Shown: in pieces, positions 9,340 to 18,069 of the stretch | Layout of the letters: the number at the start of each line of letters is the position of its first letter | Numbering within the stretch: the stretch's first letter is position 1 | From: Candidatus Micrarchaeota archaeon | Lineage (GTDB): Archaea; Micrarchaeota; Micrarchaeia; Anstonellales; Bilamarchaeaceae | Length of the DNA: 64,000 nucleotides | Direction: 5' to 3' | NCBI GenBank assembly: GCA_043800955.1 | Contig: JAZDMN010000049.1 | Coordinates: 282 to 64,281, forward strand | Program-made: the position numbers and the translations under genes | Notes under the pieces: generated by a model | Seen by the model: only the letters and a program-made list of their open reading frames with translations | Database searches by the model: none | What the model was told of the DNA's origin: nothing

Positions 9340-9424
9340 ATTTTTTCTTCTGTTCCCGGTTTCCAGTCCTGGGTTTTGGCTCTGGAAAAATTGCCGGTAG
9401 TGGCCGGCAGGCCACCCAACGGCA
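9340..9424 (+). repeat. structured tRNA-Phe 3' trailer unit (85 nt)
   Basis: GGAAAAATTGCCG (9384-9396) is complementary to 9335-9347; followed by the GTGGCC/GGCCAC hairpin and a second CGGCA (9420-9424). Confidence 0.75.
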
Positions 9425-9485
9425 TTTTCGTGTTTTTAGATGACATACCACACCATTTATAAATGATTTTTACAACTATATACTC

Positions 9486-10490
9486 ATGAGACTGCATATT
9501 CCTCCAGGCTACAGGCCAGGCTTGTCGGTCAGGGACACCGAAAGAGCGATTCCGAAAATCAAGAGTCATTTCCAGGACCGACTCTCGGAAAACCTGAACC
9601 TTGAAAGGGCGTCAGCGCCCCTGTTCGTTCAGGCCGGAACCGGAATCAACGATGATTTGAACGGTGTGGAGAGAAAGGTCGCATTTGACGTCAAGGATGA
9701 CAATGGGACAAGGGCGGAGGTCGTCAACTCGCTCGCCAAATGGAAGAGGATGGCGCTGGCTAGATACGGGTTCGGTGTCGGGGAAGGCATCTGGACCGAC
9801 ATGAACGCGGTAAGGCCGGATGAGGAGCTCGACAACATCCATTCGCTCTATGTGGACCAGTGGGACTGGGAGCGGGTTATGAGCGCAGAGAACAGGACTG
9901 TGGATTTCCTCCGATGCATAGTCGCGAAGATATATGACGCGATAAAGAAGACGGAGAGGATGATTGAGAGGGAATACCACATCAAAAGGACCCTGCCTAA
10001 TGACATCACGTTCGTGACCACTTCGGACCTGGAAAAAACTTATCCGAAGCTTGAACGCAAGCAGCGGGAAGACAAAATAGCAAAATCCGAGGGTGCGATA
10101 TTCCTCATGAGGATAGGGTGGCCGCTGCGGGACGGGCAACCCCACGACGGGCGGGCGCCAGATTACGACGACTGGAACCTAAACGGGGATATCATCGTAT
10201 GGAATCCGGTGCTGAAAAGCGCGTTCGAGCTCTCGTCGATGGGCATACGGGTTGATAAGGATTCGCTCCAAAAACAGCTTGCGGCCGCGGGCGCTATGGA
10301 CAGGCTCGGCCTGCAGTTCCACAGAATGCTTATGGACGACCAGCTTCCCCTTTCGGTTGGCGGCGGAATCGGACAATCACGGCTTTCGATGTTGCTCCTC
10401 CGGAAGGCGCACATCGGCGAGGTCCAGGCAAGCCACTGGCCAAATGAGATGACCGCTGAGCTGGAGCGCCACGGGATAAAGCTGCTCTGA
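9486..10490 (+). CDS. asnA: aspartate--ammonia ligase (AsnA)
   Basis: SLAKWKR, SLYVDQWDWE, GRAPDYDDW and GGGIGQSR motifs. Confidence 0.95.
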   Translation: MRLHIPPGYRPGLSVRDTERAIPKIKSHFQDRLSENLNLERASAPLFVQAGTGINDDLNGVERKVAFDVKDDNGTRAEVVNSLAKWKRMALARYGFGVGEGIWTDMNAVRPDEELDNIHSLYVDQWDWERVMSAENRTVDFLRCIVAKIYDAIKKTERMIEREYHIKRTLPNDITFVTTSDLEKTYPKLERKQREDKIAKSEGAIFLMRIGWPLRDGQPHDGRAPDYDDWNLNGDIIVWNPVLKSAFELSSMGIRVDKDSLQKQLAAAGAMDRLGLQFHRMLMDDQLPLSVGGGIGQSRLSMLLLRKAHIGEVQASHWPNEMTAELERHGIKLL

Positions 10491-10542
10491 AGCGCTTTTG
10501 AAGTTTCAAGGAAGCCAGCCTGCACACTGGACAAAGGTGACT

Positions 10543-10785
10543 ATGATGAATAAAATGAAGTTACAGGATATGACATGCTGCTCATGGCATAACCCGAGAA
10601 ACGCGATTGTGAATTTAAGGACGGGAGCCCTGATAGCGAAGGAAGCGCTTGACCGGATACCGAACAGCCCTGCCAAGGAGCATATGATATACTCGGGGAA
10701 TATGTGCGACCCTTGCGCAAAAAAGCTTCTTGAAGGAACGATGGAACCGAAGTCCGAAACGATAAAGACAACGGCATCTGAATGA
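10543..10785 (+). CDS. small hypothetical protein, possible Zn-binding (CSWH...CDPC)
   Basis: AGGTGA RBS before ATG; Cys/His pairs. Confidence 0.5.
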   Translation: MMNKMKLQDMTCCSWHNPRNAIVNLRTGALIAKEALDRIPNSPAKEHMIYSGNMCDPCAKKLLEGTMEPKSETIKTTASE

Positions 10786-10798
10786 GGATGCTTGCAAA

Positions 10799-11362
10799 TC
10801 ACAGTTTTCTTATCAAATCCAGAAGCCGCGGATATTCCGTGAAGCCGGCGCCCTCGTTGATATGGCCCGCCCCATGCTCGACAATGAACTCGCATTTTGT
10901 TCCCAGGAGCTTTGCCATGCGCGCGCCTTCCGAAAGCGGGATGAACGGGTCGTTGTCCGAGCTTATGACGATGAAGCGGTCGGCGCTCTCCCGGATTTTC
11001 TTCCAGTCGAATTTTTTTTCCACAAAATTGCGGATTTGGGGGATGCCGAGGTCTTGGGCGAATCCTGCTACAAGGATTACGGCTTTCACTTTCTCGCCCC
11101 CCTGGAATGATTCGAGCAGGCGGAGTATTGTAGGGCTGCCGAGGCTGTGGCTGACCAGTACCCATTCATCCTTCGGTTCGAAGCGCGGGACGAGCTTGCG
11201 GGTGGTGGCGAGCCAGTCGGCCAGTTTCGGGTTGTCGGTTTCGGGAAAATCAGGGCTCAGGACGCGGGATGCTAAACCCGAAACCTGCAACTCGCCCTGC
11301 AGCCAGCCGCTCCAGCAGCTCTTTCCGTCCCCGCCCCAGCAGTGGAAGAGGAAGAAGTCCAT
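10799..11362 (-). CDS. RBBP9/YdeN-family alpha/beta hydrolase
   Basis: SHSLG nucleophile elbow; SDNDPF and GAGHIN catalytic triad motifs. Confidence 0.9.
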   Translation of the reverse strand: MDFFLFHCWGGDGKSCWSGWLQGELQVSGLASRVLSPDFPETDNPKLADWLATTRKLVPRFEPKDEWVLVSHSLGSPTILRLLESFQGGEKVKAVILVAGFAQDLGIPQIRNFVEKKFDWKKIRESADRFIVISSDNDPFIPLSEGARMAKLLGTKCEFIVEHGAGHINEGAGFTEYPRLLDLIRKL

Positions 11363-11371
11363 AGGGATGCC

Positions 11372-11731
11372 TCAGAGTAGTTTCAGCTTCCCGAAAATAG
11401 CGTCGAGCTCCTTCTCGTCCCACGGGCCGGCCGCGAAGCATGTGATGGAGCCGGGCTCCACCTGCGTGTGGCCGGCATCGCGGATGAGCTCGCACGGTAT
11501 TCCGGCGGCTTTCCCTTTGTTGTAGTATTCGAGCAGCTCATCCTCGCTCTGGACCTTGAGGACGACCTTCATCTGGCCTTCATCTTCCCAGGCACGGGCG
11601 ATTTCGGGATGGGATTTGGTAACTTTTTTATAGGCTGATACTGAGGCGTGGGAACCTTGCCCTATCATCTTTCCGCATGACATCCTAAGGTCTTTCCTCT
11701 CAACAATGACCTGTTTATACATGACGACCAT
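11372..11731 (-). CDS. pth2: peptidyl-tRNA hydrolase Pth2 (apparently chimeric 5' end)
   Basis: MYKQVIV.RKDL.M..GK..GQGSHA, GQMKVVLKV and IRDAGHTQVEPGS motifs. Confidence 0.95.
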   Translation of the reverse strand: MVVMYKQVIVERKDLRMSCGKMIGQGSHASVSAYKKVTKSHPEIARAWEDEGQMKVVLKVQSEDELLEYYNKGKAAGIPCELIRDAGHTQVEPGSITCFAAGPWDEKELDAIFGKLKLL

Positions 11732-12675
11732 TTTTCAAGATGCAGTATATATCTCTTCCTCTTTCTTTCCAGATAAAGTTCTCCGCAATCTGAGTACATC
11801 CAAGAACAGATTGCTCTTGCATTATTACCATAATATTCACACTGCCATATATTCTCAACTTTCTTGATATTCCGTGGGATGTTCAGACTTTCTCGAAAAA
11901 CATCTGCCATCCAATATATTATACCGGCATTTGAACTGACAATTCTAAGCCGAATTGTGTTGGGCCGGTTGAAACTTATCGAACCATCACCATCGAAATA
12001 GCCACGTATAAAATGGCGTGCCACAGAAGAGGGCATACCCGGGATAATAAACTTGTTGGTTTTCTTTGGTGTACATCCCAGCGCCAGTAAGTCCATGCAC
12101 ATATTTCGACTATGGATTGCCAATAAAGCGTACTGATTGATAGATTTCTTTGATGGCAATGCTTGATTCACGATGCCGATTCGAGCATTGGAACCAAGGG
12201 CATACCGGATTTTTCTTAGTATACCAATGTCCTTGATAGCTAATTTGAGACGAAATGTCCGCATCTTGGGATCAACGTTTCCATCACTGAACAGCCAGCC
12301 CAAAACATAGGCCATCCCACCCGTCCATTCTTTGAAAAAATTTTCTGCCAGTCGATAACGCCGTGGTTTAATATTGTTTTCCAAACCAAGTTTGTGGGCT
12401 TTATGATAAATGGAACATAACGACCTATGCGGAAAGTAACTTTTGAAATTTACATCCTTTCCATAGTTGCTTTTTAGGAGTGCAACCTCATCTGAATCCC
12501 AATCGGCACTAGGTTTCGTTAAACCGTATCTGTTCAGTGCCCGTTGAACAGTGCTCCGGCCAATATGGTTGTCTCTGGCAATGGTCACGTAGGTCTTCCC
12601 ATTCTTCAGTTGTTGGTCCAGGTACTCCTTATTCCAGTAAATATTGTTGTAACCAGCATTTCTTTTTCCAACCAT
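11665..12675 (-). mobile_element. free-standing double-motif LAGLIDADG homing endonuclease with N-terminal HTH/Myb-like domains
   Basis: AYVLGWLFSDG and HFIRGYFDGDG motifs, C-terminal LYLERK; visibly AT-rich; no intein splicing termini. Confidence 0.9.
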
Positions 12676-12730
12676 AGCAGAGAAACCACAAGGCTAAATA
12701 AATAGATTTGGAGACTTGATTTCCGCGGAA

Positions 12731-12799
12731 CTAAAAAGCATCGATTTTCTTCGGGCCCATGCCCAAATCCGCGCGGATGACTATGGTCTGCTTGTACAC
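12731..12799 (-). pseudogene. pth2: stranded 5' fragment of pth2 (MYKQTIVIRADLGMGPKKIDAF*)
   Basis: Manual translation from GTG at 12799 matches the Pth2 N-terminal consensus; host-like GC3 codons; TATA-like ATATTAATTTT about 25 nt upstream. Confidence 0.8.
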
Positions 12800-12828
12800 G
12801 AATTGTGATTGGAAAGGAAAAATTAATA

Positions 12829-13509
12829 TCAGGAGGCCTTGCCGCCCTGCATTGATGGCAATCCATCGACTAACGGTTCCTGAAGGCCGGTTTTGGGAGG
12901 CGACTTGGACACACGCGCTTTTTCCAGAGGCACGATGTTTGTCGGCAAATCCTCGCTAATCCCAACCGGGCGCAGTATTGATGCCAGCTGCAGGAGGTTC
13001 TCGGCAGACTTGGCCGCGCGGTCAATCCGTGAAGAATCTTCGCTTTCGGTTATCACATATTTCCGGAGCATCCTCTGCTCGAAAAACTCGATTTTCCTGC
13101 CGCTGCCCTCCTGGCGCTCCCTTTTCTCAAAGCGCTCCTCAGGAGAGCCTTCGGTGACGGGAACGCTGTGGAGCCTAAGCTGGAACCCCGCTCCCACCAC
13201 CTTCTGGTTCAGGTCCAGGTCCAATGAGCGGTCTTCCGTCAGGAATTCGAGCCTCGCTAAGAACCTCAGCCCTCCGGCCGGGGTTTCCGCTATTTCCGCG
13301 CTTGCACCGAATAGCTCACGCAGTTTCGCACGGGCATCCCCGAACCTTGTTGCCAAGTCCAAAGCCCCTTTTTTGAAAAAAAATGAGAAGACCTGGCGGA
13401 TTTCTGTTTCTGGGAGAATCCTTTGCCCCTCTGCAAGCGGCTCAACCTTCCTGAAGCCGGGCTCGAGAGCATGAGCCGAGGATGCCTGTCGCGGTATGCA
13501 GTATGCCAT
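12829..13509 (-). CDS. hypothetical protein
   Basis: 226-aa ORF with a GGTGA RBS-like sequence upstream. Confidence 0.6.
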   Translation of the reverse strand: MAYCIPRQASSAHALEPGFRKVEPLAEGQRILPETEIRQVFSFFFKKGALDLATRFGDARAKLRELFGASAEIAETPAGGLRFLARLEFLTEDRSLDLDLNQKVVGAGFQLRLHSVPVTEGSPEERFEKRERQEGSGRKIEFFEQRMLRKYVITESEDSSRIDRAAKSAENLLQLASILRPVGISEDLPTNIVPLEKARVSKSPPKTGLQEPLVDGLPSMQGGKAS

Positions 13510-13575
13510 TAATGGTCACCTGTGGTTATTCGCGCTAGGAAAGGTTATAAATGTCTGTCACAGAAATATCGACGC

Positions 13576-13989
13576 ATGGTGGATGATATTGAGGCAGTAA
13601 TCAGGCTTGTCGCCGCGGTTCTTATCGGTCTGTCCATAGGATTCTCGCGCAAGCACAAGCCCGCAGGCCTGCGGACATTCGCGCTGTTCTGCCTCGGCTG
13701 CACGATATTCACCCTCGTTTCAATCAGGTTCGACCAGCCTTATAACGACCCCTCGCGCGTGATAGCGCAGATAGTGACCGGCATCGGGTTCCTGGGCCTC
13801 GGAGTCATCTGGCGCCAGGGGATAGGCAAGCCCACGGGGCTTACCACGGCCGCTGCCATCTGGGTGACGGCTGCTATAGGTGTGCTTATCGGACTTGGCA
13901 TGTGGCCGGAGGTCATTATCGGGGCCGTCCTTACGCTGAGCCTGCTGTATTCAAAGGAGCCCCTGAAGAGGGCGCACCTGGAAGAGTAG
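13576..13989 (+). CDS. MgtC/SapB family membrane protein
   Basis: PAGLRTF, DPSRVIAQIVTGIGFLG and GLTTAAAIW motifs. Confidence 0.92.
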   Translation: MVDDIEAVIRLVAAVLIGLSIGFSRKHKPAGLRTFALFCLGCTIFTLVSIRFDQPYNDPSRVIAQIVTGIGFLGLGVIWRQGIGKPTGLTTAAAIWVTAAIGVLIGLGMWPEVIIGAVLTLSLLYSKEPLKRAHLEE

Positions 13990-14011
13990 CCAGCATATCC
14001 GCCGATAATGC

Positions 14012-16588
14012 TTAGGAAATTTTCCAGTATTTCTTGTTCTTGATGAACACTTTCTGCGCCTCAATCAAATCCAGGTAGAACGCATCCTCGCTCCGCTGCA
14101 GGCGCTTGAGGACGCGGTCTGCCGTAGAGGGCCCGATGCCGTAGGTGGAAAGCGCAATCAGCGCCCGCTTCCCGTAGGCACGGATGAGGCCGGCCGAGAA
14201 TTCCAAATCATGCACCACCTGGCCCCCGCGCGGAAGGAGCGCAAGCGAAGCCGCGCCGCACTTGTGGCACTTGACCGAATCTGGCGCACCTGCAAGGTGC
14301 ATGAAGCGGCTTGCGTCGCAGCTGAGGCAACGCAGTTGAACGGTCTTCGAAAGCACGTTCTCCCGAAACGCTGCGATGATGCGCTCGCGCGGGGCAAGTG
14401 CGCCGACGGACTCGGCCCCGGATACCCGTTCTATCCCTATCGCGGCAAAGAAGCTGGCCTTCTTGCGGCTGTCGGTCACGAGGCGGATTTTTCCATTGCG
14501 AACAGACGAGAGAACCCGCTCTGTCCCTTCGATATCGAAATACCTGAAGAAAATCGAGCGCAGCGCCTCCTCGTATACGACCGAGTGGCGCATGGCGGTG
14601 ATGAACCGGCTCCCGATGTTCGCGTCCTCGGAAAGCAGGCCGAACATCCTCCCGACATGCAGGAACTTGAATTTCAGGAGGGACGAATGCTCTAGGGAGT
14701 CCTCGAGCTGCCGCCGGACATCCCGGATTTCGCGGAACGTGTTCACTATCAGCTCCTCCTTGAGGGGGAATGGCAGCTTGATGAGAATCCGGTACGGGTC
14801 GGAGACCGAAATCACGCTCTCGCCTATCAGCCCGGTGATTTTCTTCGAATAGACGCGCGAGAGCACCTCGTTCACCTTCGTCCCGAAGCAGGCGTGGATG
14901 ATGATCAGGTCCTCGACAATCTCGATGACTATCGTTGAGTCGTCAGGCAGCGGACGCACCTCCTTCTTGACCGCGCGCATCCTGCCGACATCCTGCGCGA
15001 CGGTAAACGATACGGGGATGTCCTCCCCGGTCCATGAGGGGACCATGATGTCAGAGCCCGAGCCAGGTTCGGCCAGCACCTCGCCTTCGGTGATGTCCAC
15101 GACGCGCCAGGGAATCCCGTGCGAGAGGAAGCACGAGCCGCTTTCAAGGTTGACCACGAACTCCTCATCCAGGCTGGATACGATGCGGTTTGCCGCGATG
15201 TCCTTCATGAGGAAGCGCTTCGTTTTCGGAATCGTGCTAAGGTACGAGGAGTAGTATTCGCGGGCACGGGATTTGGCCCGAATCGACACTCCGCCTTGGG
15301 GGTCCTCATCATAGAATATTATCCCTTCTGCATAGAGCTGGAGCGCGACCATGCGCAGCTTGTCATACGTTATTCCATACGCATAGGAGCGCGAGAGGAT
15401 GGAATGCGCCTTCGCAAGGTCTGTGCGCCCGAAATCCAGGCATAGCCCGACAAGCTGGTGGGCTATGACATCCAGGGCACCCCGTTCCACCCGCTTGTCC
15501 TCCATCCATCCGTTATGGGCAAGGACCGAGATCACCTCGCTCTCCAGCATATCGTCGAAATCCGAAGGGAAGACAATCCCTTTCGGCGTCTTGTCCAGGC
15601 TGTGGCCCGAGCGTCCGATGCGCTGGATGAGCCGGAACACCTGGTGCGGAGAGCCATACTGCATGACGAGCGACACGTCGCCAACATCAATCCCAAGCTC
15701 GAGCGAGGAGGTGCACAAAATGGAGTTCAGCTTTCCGGATTTGAAATCGTCCTCTGTGGAAAGGCGCACCCCCTTGGCAAGGGAGCCGTGATGGACCCCT
15801 ATGGGCGCGCCCATCTTTTTCAGCGATGCCCCGAGCTCTTCGGCGGTGCTGCGCGTATTGACGAAAAGCAGGGAGCGGTTCTTTCCGCAAAGCTCTTTAA
15901 TTCGCTCGAGCCTCTTTTCCCCCGCCGTATGCTCGACCGATATCTCCATCTTCCTGTTCTTTCCGCTTTCGCATATCGCGTGTTCGCGCTCGCCGAAAAG
16001 GAGCTTTGCCGCCTCGTTCTCGTTCGCGACTGTGGCCGTGAGGCCGATGCGCTGGAATTTCGCGATTTCACTAAGCCGCTCGAGGCCCAACGAAAGCTGC
16101 GCCCCGCGCTTGTTGTCCAGGATGTCATGTATTTCATCCACAATCACAAAGCGCACGCTTGTCAGGTGACGCCGCATTATACGTCCCATGAGGAGCGCCT
16201 GGAGGGATTCGACCGTTGTCAGCAGGATGCGGGGCGGATTCTTCCTGTGCTTGGCCCGCTCGTGCATCGTGGTATCCCCGCTCCTGATGTCATAGGTTAT
16301 CTGCAGCCGGTCGCACCACCAGCCGAACCGCTCCTTCAGGTCGCGGGAAAGCGCGCGCAGCGGCGTGATGTATATGGCGTAAATCCCCTCGCTCTGCGCT
16401 GCCCCTGGCTCGGCCTGCATCAGTTTTATTTTCTCAAGGATGGGAAGGAGGGCGCTTTCCGTCTTGCCTGAGCCGGTGGGCGCCAGAATCAGCACATTTT
16501 GGCCAGATAGGACTTTCGGCATGGCGAGTTTCTGTATCTGGGTAAGCTCGCCGAACCTTTCCCGCACCAATTCCGCTACGCTGGGCAT
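14012..16588 (-). CDS. lhr: Lhr-like SF2 helicase
   Basis: APTGSGKT, DEIH, HHGSL, SSLELGIDVG and QRIGRSGH motifs; C-terminal Zn ribbon. Confidence 0.92.
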   Translation of the reverse strand: MPSVAELVRERFGELTQIQKLAMPKVLSGQNVLILAPTGSGKTESALLPILEKIKLMQAEPGAAQSEGIYAIYITPLRALSRDLKERFGWWCDRLQITYDIRSGDTTMHERAKHRKNPPRILLTTVESLQALLMGRIMRRHLTSVRFVIVDEIHDILDNKRGAQLSLGLERLSEIAKFQRIGLTATVANENEAAKLLFGEREHAICESGKNRKMEISVEHTAGEKRLERIKELCGKNRSLLFVNTRSTAEELGASLKKMGAPIGVHHGSLAKGVRLSTEDDFKSGKLNSILCTSSLELGIDVGDVSLVMQYGSPHQVFRLIQRIGRSGHSLDKTPKGIVFPSDFDDMLESEVISVLAHNGWMEDKRVERGALDVIAHQLVGLCLDFGRTDLAKAHSILSRSYAYGITYDKLRMVALQLYAEGIIFYDEDPQGGVSIRAKSRAREYYSSYLSTIPKTKRFLMKDIAANRIVSSLDEEFVVNLESGSCFLSHGIPWRVVDITEGEVLAEPGSGSDIMVPSWTGEDIPVSFTVAQDVGRMRAVKKEVRPLPDDSTIVIEIVEDLIIIHACFGTKVNEVLSRVYSKKITGLIGESVISVSDPYRILIKLPFPLKEELIVNTFREIRDVRRQLEDSLEHSSLLKFKFLHVGRMFGLLSEDANIGSRFITAMRHSVVYEEALRSIFFRYFDIEGTERVLSSVRNGKIRLVTDSRKKASFFAAIGIERVSGAESVGALAPRERIIAAFRENVLSKTVQLRCLSCDASRFMHLAGAPDSVKCHKCGAASLALLPRGGQVVHDLEFSAGLIRAYGKRALIALSTYGIGPSTADRVLKRLQRSEDAFYLDLIEAQKVFIKNKKYWKIS

Positions 16589-16854
16589 GGATGACTAGGT
16601 ATGGCTGGAAGGATTAATGAGGAATGCGATTTTTCAGACATTTGTATCGATGATAGCCACGCCGAGGTTGCTGTCTTCGCGCTCATTTCCGGGTGGCTCC
16701 GGCGCTTCTCTTGAAGTTGCCTGAAATGCATCTTCATGATTATATATCATAATACACAATTTTTTAATATATGTCACACCATCCGAGAATAGGGTTTAAA
16801 AAACGAGGGAGGCATTATCTCACGGAGTATCGCTTTTCATCGGAGGTCATGTTC

Positions 16855-17751
16855 ATGGACGATAACGAGTTGGAGCTGTTTCGGCAGGCTGGAAAAATCG
16901 CGTCGAAGGTCCGGGAGGAAAGCAAGAGCCTCATCATGGTGGGCGAATCGCTTCTGGATATCGCAGAGACCATCGAGCAGATGATAGGCGAGGAAGGCGG
17001 AAAGCCCGCGTTCCCGGTAAACATTTCCATAAACGACATCGCAGCCCACTACACGCCGGAATTCGAATCCGAAAACTCCCTTGGCGAGACAGACCTTGTG
17101 AAGATAGACCTGGGAATCGAGATGAACGGGGCCCTGTCCGACACAGCATACACCGTGGATTTGGACGGCAAAAATGGCAAGCTGGTCCAGGCTTCGGACG
17201 AGGCACTCGATAACGCCATCAAGTCCATCCGCCCGGGAGTGACCGTAGGGGAAATCGGCGCGGTGATAGAGCAGACCATCAAGGGGTACGGCTTCAACCC
17301 GATATCAAATCTATCCGGGCACATGATAAAATCCAACGAGCTCCACGCAGGGGTGGAGATACCGAACATAAAGACGAACGACCCCTACAAGTTCCAGGCC
17401 GGCGACATTTTCGCCGTAGAGCCCTTTTCCACCACCGGACAGGGCCATGTGGAGGATTTGGAGCAGGTCGAGATTTTCTCAATCTATATGCCTTCCAAGG
17501 TCAGGATGAGGCAGTCGAGGAAGATTGTCGAGTATGTGATGCAGAACTACGGGATGCTGCCATTTGCTGAGCGGTGGGTGAGGAAGAGCTTCGAATCGAA
17601 GCTTCTTGTCAGCGCGGCACTAAAAGAGCTCCTCCAGAACCATTTCATCAGGGGCTACCCGGTCCTCCGCGAGGTCAGCCGAGGCCTGGTATCCCAGACC
17701 GAGCATACCGTGCTGGTCACAGATGACGGGTGCGAGGTCCTCACGCTCTGA
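16855..17751 (+). CDS. map: methionine aminopeptidase type II
   Basis: AFPVNISINDIAAHYTP, DTAYT, GH, EPF and QTEHT motifs. Confidence 0.95.
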   Translation: MDDNELELFRQAGKIASKVREESKSLIMVGESLLDIAETIEQMIGEEGGKPAFPVNISINDIAAHYTPEFESENSLGETDLVKIDLGIEMNGALSDTAYTVDLDGKNGKLVQASDEALDNAIKSIRPGVTVGEIGAVIEQTIKGYGFNPISNLSGHMIKSNELHAGVEIPNIKTNDPYKFQAGDIFAVEPFSTTGQGHVEDLEQVEIFSIYMPSKVRMRQSRKIVEYVMQNYGMLPFAERWVRKSFESKLLVSAALKELLQNHFIRGYPVLREVSRGLVSQTEHTVLVTDDGCEVLTL

Positions 17752-17886
17752 CCGATTGTTTGCGGATAGCCACGACAATCATGCTTCCCCGCTCATGCAT
17801 CTTTTCCGATATATGCGGGTATGGCGGACGTTGGGTTGAGAGCGGCAACGAAAAGCATTAGAATTGGAATCAGCAAAGAAAAACAA

Positions 17887-18063
17887 GGGCCCGTGGCCTA
17901 ACCTGGATAGGGCGAGTGGCTTCGAATGCCGCTTCCAAGCGCGGAAGACACCACTAGGTTATGGGTTCAAATTGCGTTCCCGGTTTCGCTCTTATGGTCT
18001 CCCGTTTCGCGCGGGAAACCGGAATCACGAAACCGGAAACCAGTGAAACTCCCATCGGGCCCG
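17887..18063 (+). tRNA. tRNA-Arg(TCG) with introns at 37/38 (17926-17949) and 59/60 (17972-18049)
   Basis: GGGCCCG/CGGGCCC acceptor; AGTGG-CTTCGAA-CCACT after splicing; BHB central helices CTTC/GAAG and TTCA/TGAA. Confidence 0.9.
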
Positions 18064-18069
18064 ATTTTT

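Noticed and set aside
11665..12675. Intein or self-splicing intron interpretation of the LAGLIDADG ORF
   Set aside because: No N-terminal Cys/Ser or C-terminal His-Asn blocks; out of frame with pth2; downstream pth2 is complete, so splicing is unnecessary (an intron is not formally excluded without RNA data)
14158..16471. Many long antisense or alternate-frame ORFs (also over korA, glnA-like, lemA/htpX and the A24 peptidase)
   Set aside because: Shadow ORFs expected from the high GC3 of the real genes
16652..17774. GATAGCCACG on both sides of map
   Set aside because: A 10-nt match around a housekeeping gene with no other mobile-element signs; likely chance
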